NCBI GenBank assembly: GCA_963826115.1 | Contig: CAWGVS010000012.1 | Coordinates: 1 to 64,000 of the forward strand | Origin: an uncultured Candidatus Rokubacteria bacterium | Lineage (GTDB): Bacteria > Methylomirabilota > Methylomirabilia > Rokubacteriales > DASRDR01 | DNA: 64,000 nt | Reading direction: 5' to 3' | Shown here: in pieces, positions 31,544 to 42,757 of the stretch | How the letters are laid out: every line of letters starts with the position of its first letter | How positions within the stretch are numbered: the first letter of the stretch is position 1 | Translations under genes and position numbers: made by a program | The notes under the pieces: model-generated | Seen by the model: the letters and a program-made list of their open reading frames with translations, nothing else | What the model was told of the DNA's origin: nothing | Databases searched by the model: none

Positions 31544-32211
31544 CCGGCCCGATGGCCACGCCCGAGACGTTCTCGGTGGTGCGCAGCACGCCCGACATGG
31601 CCGTCGAGCTCGAGTCGATCCAGCGGGCGGCGTTCCCGACCCTCGCCGAGGCGGAGCTGATCACCGCCGCGCACTACCGGGCCCAGATCGCGCGCTTCCC
31701 GGAGGGTCAGCTCGCCGTCGTCACCGGCGCCGGGCGGCCCGTCGCGTGCTCCACGGACTTCCGGACGCGGGTCGACCTCGCGCGCATCGAGCATCGCTAC
31801 ATCGACGCGGTCGACCACAACTGGCTCGGCCGCCACGACCCCGACGGGGACTGGCTCTACGGCGCGGACATCGGCGTCCGGCCCGAGTACCGCCGCCGCG
31901 GGGTCGCCCGGCTCCTCTACGAGGCCCGCCGCGCCCTGGTCCGGAGCCTGAACCTCAGGGGGCACGTCGCGGGCGGGCTGCTCCGGGGCTACGGCGCGTG
32001 GAAGGACCGGCTGTCGGCCGAGGATTACGTGGCGCGGGTGGTCGCCGGGGAGCTCAGCGATCCGACGCTGACGGTCCAGCTCCGCTGCGGCTTCGAGGTC
32101 CACGGGATCATCCAGGACTACGTCACCGACCCCGCGTGCGACCACAAGGCCGCGTTCATCGTGTGGCGCAACCCGGACTACCGCGGCACGCCGGCGCCGG
32201 TCGCCCGGTAG
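31540..32211 (+). CDS. GNAT acetyltransferase (resembles the GNAT module of GNAT-nitrilase fusions)
   Basis: FPEGQ, HDPDGDWLYGADIGVRPEYRRRGVA, DPTLTVQL, WRNPDY; ATGA overlap. Confidence 0.85.
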   Translation: MTGPMATPETFSVVRSTPDMAVELESIQRAAFPTLAEAELITAAHYRAQIARFPEGQLAVVTGAGRPVACSTDFRTRVDLARIEHRYIDAVDHNWLGRHDPDGDWLYGADIGVRPEYRRRGVARLLYEARRALVRSLNLRGHVAGGLLRGYGAWKDRLSAEDYVARVVAGELSDPTLTVQLRCGFEVHGIIQDYVTDPACDHKAAFIVWRNPDYRGTPAPVAR

Positions 32212-32239
32212 CGGGCGGCGCCCGCTCCGGCTCTGGGCG

Positions 32240-32647
32240 TCAGGCCGGCTTCTTGGCGGCCTTCTCCGCGACCGGGTAGCCGGCCGCCTTCCACGCCGCG
32301 AAGCCGCCGTCCATCTCGACGACCCGCCCGAGGCCCATCTGCTGCGCGGTGTCCGTCGCGAGTGCCGATCGCCAGGCCCCGTTGCAATAGAAGACGAACT
32401 CCTTACCAGAGGCGAACACGTCCTTGAAGTAGGGGCTCTCGGGGTCGATCCAGAACTCGAGCATGCCCCGCGGACAGTGGAACGCCCCGGGGATCAAGCC
32501 CTCCCGCTCGAGCTCCCGGACGTCGCGCAGGTCGACGAAGACGACGTCGTCCTTCCCGTGCCGCGCCCGCGCCTCCTCCAGGCTGACGGTGCGGATGCGC
32601 GACTTCGCCTCGTCGACCAGCTGTCGGAACCCCTTCTTGAGCGTCAC
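32240..32647 (-). CDS. Rhodanese-like protein
   Basis: VDLRDVRE, PRGMLEFWIDP, FYCNGAWRS, GGFAAW. Confidence 0.9.
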   Translation of the reverse strand: MTLKKGFRQLVDEAKSRIRTVSLEEARARHGKDDVVFVDLRDVRELEREGLIPGAFHCPRGMLEFWIDPESPYFKDVFASGKEFVFYCNGAWRSALATDTAQQMGLGRVVEMDGGFAAWKAAGYPVAEKAAKKPA

Positions 32648-32765
32648 GGCGTGCCCTCCTCCCTGGATCTTGCCACGGCCGTCCCGCCGACGATACCGGG
32701 CGCGCGCGCCATCCCGCGCCGTCCGGCGGGCCGATCCGCGCGGTCGAGACCTGGCGCGCCATGCA

Positions 32766-32794
32766 TTTACCCCGTCCGGGGTTTGCACTATTGT
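32766..32794 (+). promoter_or_regulatory. Putative promoter with palindromic operator for the ABC operon
   Basis: TTTACC-17 nt-TATTGT; an ACCCCG-TC-CGGGGT dyad overlaps the -35 and spacer. Confidence 0.4.
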
Positions 32795-32833
32795 GAGGAG
32801 GCTTCGGACTCCACAGCGCGAGGAGGAGCTGCC

Positions 32834-34327
32834 ATGTGGCGCATCGCTTGGATCCTGGCTCTCTGGGGCCTCGTCGGATCGTCCCTGCCTGTCGGCGCTC
32901 AGGGCGCCAAGGAAACGCTGTCCGTCGACCTGCCCGGCGAGCCGGCTACGCTCGATCCCCACGTCCAGTGGGACACCGACAGCTACCACGTCTACCGGAA
33001 CATCTTCGACAACCTGGTCACGCGCAATCCCGACGGCCAGATCGTCCCGCAGATCGCCAAGGCGTGGCGCTACGAGAGCGACACCGCGCTGGTCCTCGAC
33101 ATCCGCACCGACGTGAAGTTCCACGACGGGACGCCGCTCACGGTCGACGACGTCGTCTGGAGCGTCCAGCGCATCATCGACCCGGCGTTCAAGAGCCCGC
33201 AGCTCTCGCAGTTCAACAGCATCGTCAAGGCCGAGGCCGTCGGGTCCGACAAGGTGCGGCTGACCACCTCTTCGCCGTATCCCGCGCTCCTGGCCCAGCT
33301 CGTCAAGCTGAGCATCGTGCCCCGCGCGTACGTCCAGAAGGTGGGGAACGAGAAGTTCAACGTCGAGCCGCTCGGGAGCGGGCCATACAAGTTCGTCAGC
33401 TGGCAGAAGGGCGTGCGGGTCACGCTGACCGCCAACGAGGGCTACTGGCGCGGGCGCCCCCCCTTCAAGACCGTCACCTTCCAGATGGTGCCGGACACCG
33501 CGACCCGGATCGCGAACCTGAAGACCGGCCGCGCCGACATCATCCGCCAGCTCAACCCCGACGACGCGGCGAGCCTGAAGGGGGAGTCGCGCCTCCAGAT
33601 CCTCGCGATTCCCACCGAGCGCACCGGCTACCTGTTCGTCAACGCGCTCGCCGGGCCGACCAAGGACGTCCGCGTGCGGCGCGCCATCGCCCACGCCATC
33701 AACCGCCAGCTCCTCATCGACGCGCTCCTCGGCGGGTACGGCCGGCCGGTCACCATCCTGCTCACGCCGGCGAACTTCGGGTACATCGAGGGCATGAAGG
33801 GCTATTCGTTCGACCCGGCGCGGGCGCGCCAGCTTCTCAAGGAGGCCGGGGCGGAGGGCGCCGAGATCTCCTTCTACACCTCACCGGCCTACGACCAGCG
33901 GCTGGTCCAGGCCATCCAGCAGATGCTGCAGGAGGTCGGGCTCAAGGTCGCCATCTCGCAGACAGACCAGCCGACCTTCCTCAAGCGCCGTCAGGGGAAG
34001 CCCGAGGAGGCCGGCAGCATCTCGCTCGGCCGATGGTCGTGCGCGTGCCAGGACGCCGACGGCGTGATCTTCCCCCTGTTCCACAGCCAGAGCCTCTGGG
34101 CGAAGTACGCGAACCCCGCCTTCGACGACGCGGTCACGCGGGCCCGGCAGACCTTGAAGGACGAGGAGCGGCTCAAGCACTATCGCGAGGCCTTCGCCAT
34201 CCTCGAGCAGGACGTGCCGGGTATCGGGCTCTACCAGGACTTCGCCATCTACGGCGCCCGGCGCGAGCTCTCCTGGAAGCCGACGGCGAACGAGGCCTTC
34301 TTCGTGACGGAGATGAAGTGGCAGTAG
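32834..34327 (+). CDS. ABC transporter substrate-binding protein, family 5 (Opp/Dpp)
   Basis: Signal peptide, TLDPH, VKFHDGTPLT..DV, GSGPYKF, VRRAIAHAINR. Confidence 0.93.
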   Translation: MWRIAWILALWGLVGSSLPVGAQGAKETLSVDLPGEPATLDPHVQWDTDSYHVYRNIFDNLVTRNPDGQIVPQIAKAWRYESDTALVLDIRTDVKFHDGTPLTVDDVVWSVQRIIDPAFKSPQLSQFNSIVKAEAVGSDKVRLTTSSPYPALLAQLVKLSIVPRAYVQKVGNEKFNVEPLGSGPYKFVSWQKGVRVTLTANEGYWRGRPPFKTVTFQMVPDTATRIANLKTGRADIIRQLNPDDAASLKGESRLQILAIPTERTGYLFVNALAGPTKDVRVRRAIAHAINRQLLIDALLGGYGRPVTILLTPANFGYIEGMKGYSFDPARARQLLKEAGAEGAEISFYTSPAYDQRLVQAIQQMLQEVGLKVAISQTDQPTFLKRRQGKPEEAGSISLGRWSCACQDADGVIFPLFHSQSLWAKYANPAFDDAVTRARQTLKDEERLKHYREAFAILEQDVPGIGLYQDFAIYGARRELSWKPTANEAFFVTEMKWQ

Positions 34328-34340
34328 CGAGCGGGCGGGC

Positions 34341-35270
34341 ATGGCCCGCTTCCTCGTAAGCCGCGCCGCTCAGGCCCTCGTCTCCACCCTCGGCGTGTCG
34401 ACGATCGTCTTCGTCGTCATGCACCTCTCGGGCGACCCCACGCTGCTCCTGGTCCCGGACGGGGCCTCCCGCGAGGACGTCGAGCGCCTCCGCCACCAGC
34501 TCGGGTTCGACCGCCCCCTCGCCGTCCAGTACGCCGACTACCTGGCCGGCCTCGCGCGCGGCGACCTCGGCACCTCGCTCGTCCAGCGCGTGCCGGTGGC
34601 CAGCATCGTCGCCGCCCGCCTGCCCTACACGCTCCTCCTCGCGGGCGGGGCGCTCGCGGTCGCGCTCGGGATCGGGCTGCCGGTCGGCGTGATCACCGGC
34701 GTCTGGCGAGGGACCCGCGTCGAGGCGCTCCTCATGCCGGTCGTGCTGGTCGGCCAGAGCATGCCCACCTTCTGGAGCGGGATCCTGCTCATCCTCCTCT
34801 GCGCGGTGACGTGGAACGTCCTCCCCGCGTCGGGCGCGGACAGCTGGAGCTCGCTGGTCATGCCCTCGATCACGCTCGGCGCCCTGTCCATGGCGACATT
34901 CGCCCGCATCACGCGAATCGGCGTCGTCGAGGAGCTCGGCAAGGACTACGTGCGGGCCAGCCGGGCCAAAGGCCTCGCGACGACCCCGATCGTCCTCCGG
35001 CACGTGCTCCGCAACGCGTCGATTCCCGTCATCACCGTCGCCGCCCTCGAGATCGCGAACCTCCTGGCCGGCGCGGTCATCGTCGAGACGGTGTTCGCGT
35101 GGCCCGGCCTCGGCCAGCTGGCGGTCCAGTCGATCGCGGGGCGCGACTTCCTGGTCGTGCAGGCGCTCGTGCTGCTCGCCTCGTTCACGTGCGTCGCGCT
35201 CAATCTCCTGGCCGACCTCCTCTACGGCGTCGTCGATCCGCGGATCGCGCGGCTGGCGGGCGCCCGATGA
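34341..35270 (+). CDS. ABC permease (DppB-like)
   Basis: LGFDRPL..QY, GDLGTS, DYVRASRAKG, VETVFAWPGLG. Confidence 0.93.
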   Translation: MARFLVSRAAQALVSTLGVSTIVFVVMHLSGDPTLLLVPDGASREDVERLRHQLGFDRPLAVQYADYLAGLARGDLGTSLVQRVPVASIVAARLPYTLLLAGGALAVALGIGLPVGVITGVWRGTRVEALLMPVVLVGQSMPTFWSGILLILLCAVTWNVLPASGADSWSSLVMPSITLGALSMATFARITRIGVVEELGKDYVRASRAKGLATTPIVLRHVLRNASIPVITVAALEIANLLAGAVIVETVFAWPGLGQLAVQSIAGRDFLVVQALVLLASFTCVALNLLADLLYGVVDPRIARLAGAR

Positions 35271-36133
35271 GCGGCGCGGCGGTCACCGCCGAGCTCGGCG
35301 CTCCCGCCCGGAGCCGGGTGGCGGCGGTTCTTCCGGCGGGCCTGCTGCTCCTGTTCGTCGTCCTGGCGATCGCGGCGCCACTCCTCGCCCCCGCCGATCC
35401 GGCGCGCCAGTCGTTGCTCGCCCGTCTCCGCCCGCCCGGGACGCGCGTCGGCGCGACCACCTACTGGCTCGGCACCGACGAGCTGGGCCGCGACCTCCTG
35501 AGCCGCGTGCTCTACGGCGCGCGGGTCTCCCTGCTGGTCGCGTTCCTTTCCGTGTGCGTCTCCGGCGTCGTCGGGACGATGCTCGGAATGCTCGCCGGGT
35601 TCCGCCGCGGCCTCATGGAGGGCCTCATCATGCGCGCCGTCGACATGGTGCTCTCGATCCCGCCCATCCTGCTCGCCATCATCACCGTCGCGGTCCTCGG
35701 GCCCGGCCTCCAGAACCTCGTCCTGGTCCTCGGGTTCACCCGGTGGCCGCGCTACACGCGCGTCGCCTACGGCCAGACCCTCCGGGTCGCGACGCTGCCG
35801 TTCATCACCGCGTCCCGACTGGGCGGCGCCCGGAGCGGACGCCTCCTCGCCCGCCACGTGCTCCCGAACATCCTGGCCGCGCTCGTCGTGGTCGCCACGC
35901 TCGAGTTCGGTCTCATGGTGCTCTTCGAGGCGGGCTTGTCGTTCCTCGGCCTCGGGATCCAGCCGCCGACGCCGAGCTGGGGGGCGATCCTCGCCGTCGG
36001 GCGCAACTACATCGCCTCCGCGTGGTGGATCGCGACGCTCCCGGGCCTCTGCCTGTTCGGGCTGGTCCTGACCGTGAACCTCCTGGGCGACCAGCTCCGG
36101 GACCGCCTCGATCCCCGGTCGGTCGTCCGGTGA
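35267..36133 (+). CDS. ABC permease (DppC-like)
   Basis: WLGTDELGRD..SR..YGAR.S, HVLPN, LSFLGLG, PSWG. Confidence 0.93.
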   Translation: MSGAAVTAELGAPARSRVAAVLPAGLLLLFVVLAIAAPLLAPADPARQSLLARLRPPGTRVGATTYWLGTDELGRDLLSRVLYGARVSLLVAFLSVCVSGVVGTMLGMLAGFRRGLMEGLIMRAVDMVLSIPPILLAIITVAVLGPGLQNLVLVLGFTRWPRYTRVAYGQTLRVATLPFITASRLGGARSGRLLARHVLPNILAALVVVATLEFGLMVLFEAGLSFLGLGIQPPTPSWGAILAVGRNYIASAWWIATLPGLCLFGLVLTVNLLGDQLRDRLDPRSVVR

Positions 36134-36942
36134 CCGCGATGGACGCGGCTCGCCCGTTCGCCGACGCGCGCGTGGTGATCACCGGCGCCGGGGGCATCTT
36201 CGGCCGGCGGATCGCCGGGGCCTTCGCGACGGCCGGCGCGCGCCTCTGCCTGTCCGACCCCCGGCCCGACGTCCTCGATCGTCTCCCCGCGGAGCTGGGG
36301 CTCCCCCGCGACGCGACGCTCCGCCATGCGACGGAGCTCCGCGAGGAGGCCTCGATCCTGGAGCTGGTCCGGCTCGTCGCGGACGCATGGCGCGCGCCCG
36401 ACATCCTCGTCAACAACGCGGGAGTCTACCCGCGGGGCCACCTCCTCGACGTGGCCGTCGACGAGTGGGACCGGATCATGGACGTCAACCTGCGGGCGCC
36501 GTTCATCCTGACCCGGGAGATGGCGCGCCTGATGATCGGGGCCGGCGTCCCCGGCTCGGTGGTCAACATCACGTCGGGCGCGGCGCAGCGCGTGCGGACG
36601 GGCTCCGTGCCGTACAGCGCGTCGAAGCTGGCGCTCGAGCGCCTGACCGCCGGGCTCGCGCTCGAGCTGGCGCCCCACCGGATCCGGGTGAACGCGGTGT
36701 CGCCCGGCTTCGCGCCGGGAAGCGTCGTGAGCCCGCTGTCGCCCGAGTACGTCGAGGCCATGCTGGCGCGCATCCCGCTCGGCCGCGCATCCGGGCCGGA
36801 CGACGCCCCGAACGCGATCCTGTTCCTGTGCTCGCCCCAGGCGTCCTTCATCACGGGCGCCACGCTCGCCGTGGACGGCGGGAACGCCCTCGGCACGGTC
36901 GACCCCACGGCCGCCCCGCCCGAGGCTCCCCCGGCGCGATGA
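36130..36942 (+). CDS. SDR oxidoreductase
   Basis: ITGAGGIFG, LVNNAG, YSASK, IRVNAVSPG, VDGG. Confidence 0.9.
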   Translation: MTAMDAARPFADARVVITGAGGIFGRRIAGAFATAGARLCLSDPRPDVLDRLPAELGLPRDATLRHATELREEASILELVRLVADAWRAPDILVNNAGVYPRGHLLDVAVDEWDRIMDVNLRAPFILTREMARLMIGAGVPGSVVNITSGAAQRVRTGSVPYSASKLALERLTAGLALELAPHRIRVNAVSPGFAPGSVVSPLSPEYVEAMLARIPLGRASGPDDAPNAILFLCSPQASFITGATLAVDGGNALGTVDPTAAPPEAPPAR

Positions 36943-36956
36943 GCTGATCCCCGCCC

Positions 36957-37930
36957 GTGGCCCGCGGCCCCGTCCTCGCGGTCGAGCGTCTGGAGGTCGC
37001 CATCGGGGCGACGCGCGTGGTCGACGGCGTGACGTTCGAGCTCGCCGCCGGGGAGATCCACGCGCTCGTCGGCGAGAGCGGCTCCGGGAAATCGATGACC
37101 GCGCTCGCGATCATGCGGCTCTTGCCGCCCGCCGCGCGGGCCGTGTCGGGTCGCGTCGTGCTCGAGGGCACCGACCTGCTCGCGCTCCCCGAGACCGAGA
37201 TGCGCGCCGTTCGCGGGGGGCGCGTCTCGATCATCTTCCAGGAGCCCGCCAGCTCGCTCGATCCGGTCATGACCGTCGGCGACCAGCTGGTCGAGGCGCT
37301 CCGGGCGCACCGGCCGGTCCGCAAGGACGAGGCGCGCCGCCAGGCCGCCACCCTGCTCGGCGCCGTCGGCATCGCGGACCCTGCCCGGCGGCTCCGGCAG
37401 TATCCGTTCGAGCTCTCGGGCGGGATGTGCCAGCGCGTGATGATCGCCACCGCGCTCGCCGGGAAGCCCGCGGTCCTCCTCGCCGACGAGCCGACCACCG
37501 CCCTCGACGTCACCATCCAGGCGCAGATCCTCGGGCTCATCAAGCAGATCCGGACGGAGACGGGCGCCGCGGTGCTCCTCATCACCCACGACATGGGCGT
37601 GGTGGCCGACGTCGCCGATCGGGTGCTCGTGATGTATGCCGGCCGGATCGTGGAGGCGGCGCCGGTCGAGGCGCTGTTCGCGGCCCCCCGTCATCCGTAT
37701 ACGTGGCTCCTCCTGCGGAGCCTGCCGCGGCTCGACGGCGCGCCAAAGGCCCGCTTGCCGATCATCGAGGGCACGGTCCCCGCGGCCGGCGGCTGGCCCA
37801 CCGGCTGTCGCTTCGCGCCGCGCTGTCCGCTCGCCACCGACCGCTGCGGCGAGGCCGATCCAACGCTGACGCCGATCGGTGAGGACCGGACGGTCGCGTG
37901 CTGGCACGCCGATCGGGTCGGGCTCTCCCC

Positions 37931-37934
<4 letters not shown>
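36957..37934 (+). CDS. ABC ATPase (DppD/OppD-like)
   Basis: GESGSGKS, LSGGMCQR, ADEPTTALD, HPYT, Cys-rich tail. Confidence 0.93.
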
Positions 37935-38902
<968 letters not shown>

Positions 38903-38937
38903 TCGTCCGGGACGGCGCGCGCCCCGCGGGCGCGGGC

Positions 38938-40208
38938 CTAGTCGAAGAACAGGCGCGGCAGGAAGAGGATCAGGCTCGGCCAGACGTGACGATCACCTGC
39001 ACGATCAGGAGCGGGCCCAGGAACGGCAGGATGGCGCGAGCGAGGAGGTGGAACGGGATGTTGCCCACCTTCGCGACCACGAACAGCGCGACCCCGAACG
39101 GCGGCGTCAGGATCCCGATCATGAGGTTCATCACGACGATCACGCCGAAGTGGACCGGGTCGATCCCGACCGCCTGCGTCACGGGCAGGAGGACGGGCAC
39201 CAGCAGGATCATGATCGCCAGCCCTTCCATGATGCAGCCCAGGAAGAGCAGCAGGAGGTTGATGATCATGAGGATCACCAGCGGGTCCTGGGAGAAGTTC
39301 AGGAACAAGGCCGCCACCTTCTGCGGCACCTGCTCCCGCGCCAGCACCCAGCCGAAGAGGCTCGCCCCCGCCACGATGAGCCCGACGACGGCCGACGTGC
39401 TGACGGCCTCCTTGAAGATCCGCGGCAGGTCGCGCCAGGACATCTCGCGGTAGATGAACAGGCCGAGCGCCAGCGAGTAGATCGCGGCGACCGCCGCCGC
39501 CTCGGTCGGGGTGAAGATACCGCCGAAGATCCCGCCCATGATGATCAGCGGAGTCACCAGGGCCAGGGAGGCGCGCCTGAACGACGCCCAGAGCTCGCCC
39601 AGGCTCGCCCGCGGATGGCGCGGCATGTTCCGCTTCCGGGCCCAGAAGTACACCTGGATCATGAGGACGCCCGCCGTCAGGAGCCCCGGGACGATCCCGG
39701 CCAGGAACAGCGAGCCCACTGACGTGTTGGCGATGACGCCGTAGATCACCATGGGGATCGACGGCGGGACGAGCGGCCCGATGATGCAGGACGCGCACGT
39801 GAGCGCGCCGGCGTACTCGACCGGGAAGCCGTCCTCCTTCATCGCCTTGATCTCGAGGACGCCGAGGCCGCCGGCGTCCGCGATGGCCGACCCGGACATG
39901 CCGGAGAAGATCAGGCTCCCGAGGACGTTCACGTGGGCGAGCCCGCCGGTGAAGTGGCCGACCAGCGCCTTCGCGAACCCGTAGATGCGATCGGTCACCC
40001 CGCCGCTGTTCATGGCCACGCCGGCGAGGATGAAGCAGGGCACCGCGAGGAGCGGGAAGGAATCGATACCCCCGATCAGACGCTGGGGCGCGCTGACCAT
40101 GGACCCGCCCTCGATGAGGAGCCAGGCCATCCCCATGAAGATCAGGGAGAACGAGACCGGCATGCTCGCCGCTACCAGCGTCAGCCAGGCGACGAAGTAG
40201 CCGACCAT
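38938..40208 (-). CDS. TRAP transporter large permease DctM (apparent 1-nt deletion near 38985)
   Basis: FSGMSGSAIAD, PPSIP, TPTEAA, GIDPVHFG, TPPFG; the natural C-terminus VWPSLILFLPRLFFD is in the adjacent frame. Confidence 0.9.
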
Positions 40209-40715
40209 CTAGACCACGCCCCGGATCTCGGGCTCGAGCGCGTCCCCACCCCGGTAGCGGCGGACGTCCTCGCTCATCACCGCCAGCGTCCGGATCGTCA
40301 TGAGGACCGCGGTCACCGGCACGATCACGTAGACCCACGCGTACGGGATGTCGAGGACGACCAGCGGGATGTTGAGCTGCCGCAGCGTCGCGCGGATGCC
40401 CCAGTAGAAGAGGTTCGCCAGCACGAACAGCACGCACACGTTGACCAGGAGGCCGATCGCCAGCCGCAGCGGCCGTGACAGCTTGAGGACAAGGAAGTCG
40501 ATCGCCACGTGGGTCCGCTCGGTGACGGCCGCGCTCGACCCCAGGAAGACGACGTACACGTAGAGATACCGGGCGGCCTCCTCCGTCCACGACAGGGGGT
40601 CGCGCGTGATGAAGCGCGTGAAGACCTGGAGGAACAGGGTCACGAGGAGGCCGCCAAGGCAGAGTGCGGCGAGGTTCTCCTCGAACCGCAGGAAGAAGCG
40701 CTTGACGTGGGTCAC
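40209..40715 (-). CDS. TRAP transporter small permease DctQ
   Basis: QVFTRF, SWTEEAARY, HVAID; 4 TM segments. Confidence 0.92.
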   Translation of the reverse strand: MTHVKRFFLRFEENLAALCLGGLLVTLFLQVFTRFITRDPLSWTEEAARYLYVYVVFLGSSAAVTERTHVAIDFLVLKLSRPLRLAIGLLVNVCVLFVLANLFYWGIRATLRQLNIPLVVLDIPYAWVYVIVPVTAVLMTIRTLAVMSEDVRRYRGGDALEPEIRGVV

Positions 40716-40812
40716 GCGAGAGGGATCCGGACGGGCGAAACGGGCGCGGTGCGCACAGGAGCGCGAGGCGCGGCCAGCGACGCGCTCCCGCCGGCCGCGC
40801 CCCTCACTCGAA

Positions 40813-41820
40813 CTACCGGATGGCCTGCATCTGGTCGAAGATGCCCTTCGGCCAGCCCATGTCCTTCTCGCCCACCTCGATGACCGAGCTCATCCGCTTG
40901 CGGAACGACTCCCGGTCCGAGTTGACGATCGTCATGCCTTTGGTCTTGAAGAAGTCGGTGAGCCGCGCCTCGTTGGCGCGCGTCAGCTCGTCGTTGACCT
41001 TGGCCCCCTCGGTGAACGCCGCGCGGAGGGCTTGCTGGTCCGCGGGGGTCATCGCGTCGTAGGCCTTCTTGTTCACCATGATGAGGATCGGCACGATGAC
41101 GTGGCCGGTCAGGTTCAGGTACTTCTGGACCTCGAAGAACTTCTGGTCGTTGATGGTGCCGACCGGGTTCTCCTGGCCGTCCGCCACGCCGGTCTGGAGG
41201 CTCAGGTACACCTCGCCGAGACTCATCGGGGTCGGCGTCGCCTCGAGCGCCCGGATCATCGCCAGGAACAGCGGCGCCTCCGGCACCCGGATCTTGAGCC
41301 CCTTCACGTCCGCCGCCGTCTGGAGCGGCTTGTTCTTGGTCGTGAAGTGGCGGACGCCGTAATAGAAGGTCCCGACGTGGACCATGTTGCGGTCGTGGGC
41401 GAGCTTGCCGAGCTGCTCCTGTCCGAACGGGGACGCCAGCATCTTCTGGACGTGATCCCAGTCCCGCGACACGAAGGGCGCCTCGAAGAGCGACAGCGCC
41501 TTGTTGAGGTTCGACAGGGAGCCCGGGCCCTCCGAGATGAAGTCGAGCGTCCCGTCGATCACCTGGGCGACCATCTCGCGAGCCGCGCCGAGCTGGCTCG
41601 ACGGGAAGACGTTGACCTTGTAGCGGCCGTTCGTCGACTTGGCGAACTCCTCCGCGGCCTTGGTGACCCCCTTGTGGATCGGGCTCTCGGCCGAGTGGAG
41701 ATGGCCGAAACGGAGCTCCTTGGTCTGCGCGAGCGCGGGGGCGGCGGCCAGCGTGATCGCCGCGAGCGCCGTCAGCGCCCACGCGGCAAGCCGGATCGGC
41801 TGGACTCCCTTGTCCGTCAT
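40813..41820 (-). CDS. TRAP substrate-binding protein DctP
   Basis: VFPSSQLG, GLKIRVP, EVYLSLQTGVADGQENP, EVQKYL; GGAGG RBS. Confidence 0.93.
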   Translation of the reverse strand: MTDKGVQPIRLAAWALTALAAITLAAAPALAQTKELRFGHLHSAESPIHKGVTKAAEEFAKSTNGRYKVNVFPSSQLGAAREMVAQVIDGTLDFISEGPGSLSNLNKALSLFEAPFVSRDWDHVQKMLASPFGQEQLGKLAHDRNMVHVGTFYYGVRHFTTKNKPLQTAADVKGLKIRVPEAPLFLAMIRALEATPTPMSLGEVYLSLQTGVADGQENPVGTINDQKFFEVQKYLNLTGHVIVPILIMVNKKAYDAMTPADQQALRAAFTEGAKVNDELTRANEARLTDFFKTKGMTIVNSDRESFRKRMSSVIEVGEKDMGWPKGIFDQMQAIR

Positions 41821-41929
41821 CAACGACCTCCTCGAGGTGCCTCGGGGTGCTCGAATGCCGTGGTTCGCGTGAAAGCGTACGGCTCCGGCGAGTCTAGTGG
41901 ATCTGTCTTGACGGCGCAACGTGACCGGG

Positions 41930-42757
41930 CTAGCCCTTGAGGCCGCCCGCGGCGAGGCTGGCGACGATGTGCCGCTGCACGGTCAGCGTCAGCAAGAGGA
42001 CGGGCGCGGTGATGAGGAGGGCGGCGGCGGCCAGCGGTCCCCAGTTGATCTGCTCGAAGCTCATCACGTTGAACACCGCGACCGGCAGGGTCTGGAGCCG
42101 CGGGCCCGCCAGCACGACGGCGAAGATCAGGTTGTTCCACGAGAAGATGAACGCGAGGATCCCCGACACCACGATCCCGGGCCGGGTGAGCGGGAGCGCC
42201 ACTCGCAGGAAGCTCCCGAAGCGGGAGCACCCGTCGATCAGCGCGGCGTCCTCCAGGTCCGGATGCACGCCCTCGAAGAACCCCATCATGATCCACATGA
42301 CGAGCGGCAGCCCGATGATCAGGTGCGAGATGATCAGCGCGTGGTAGGTGTTCGACAGCCCGAGCTGCTGGAACAGGAGGAACCAGGGAATCAGGTAGCT
42401 GAGCGCCGGCGTGATCCGCGCCACCAGGATGAGGAGCGCCAGGCCGTAGCGGCGGGACCGGGCGATGCCGTAGCCCGCGGGCACGCCCAGGAGCAGCGCC
42501 AGGGCGGTCGAGCCGACTCCCACCACGATGCTGTTCACGGCGAAGCGCGGAAGCGGACTGCTCTGGAACACGTAGACGTAGTTCTTCAGCGTCAGGCTGT
42601 GCGGAATGAGGACCGGCGGGTTCGCCAGGTTGTCGACGTCCGTCTTGAGCGACAGCGAGATCATCCAGTAGAAGAAGAACAGCGTGGGCGCCATGAGCAG
42701 GAACAGGAAGCCCGCGAACGCCAGCCGGCTCCCGAGCCGACGCGCCGTCACTGCCAT
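41930..42757 (-). CDS. Carbohydrate ABC permease (MalG-like)
   Basis: LEDAALIDG EAA loop, FIFSWN, TLPV. Confidence 0.92.
   Translation of the reverse strand: MAVTARRLGSRLAFAGFLFLLMAPTLFFFYWMISLSLKTDVDNLANPPVLIPHSLTLKNYVYVFQSSPLPRFAVNSIVVGVGSTALALLLGVPAGYGIARSRRYGLALLILVARITPALSYLIPWFLLFQQLGLSNTYHALIISHLIIGLPLVMWIMMGFFEGVHPDLEDAALIDGCSRFGSFLRVALPLTRPGIVVSGILAFIFSWNNLIFAVVLAGPRLQTLPVAVFNVMSFEQINWGPLAAAALLITAPVLLLTLTVQRHIVASLAAGGLKG

Noticed and set aside
36939-36959. ATG-AGC-TGA in frame with the DppD-like GTG, suggesting readthrough or selenocysteine
   Set aside because: The position is outside any catalytic motif, no SECIS is evident, and GTG 36957 gives a complete protein.
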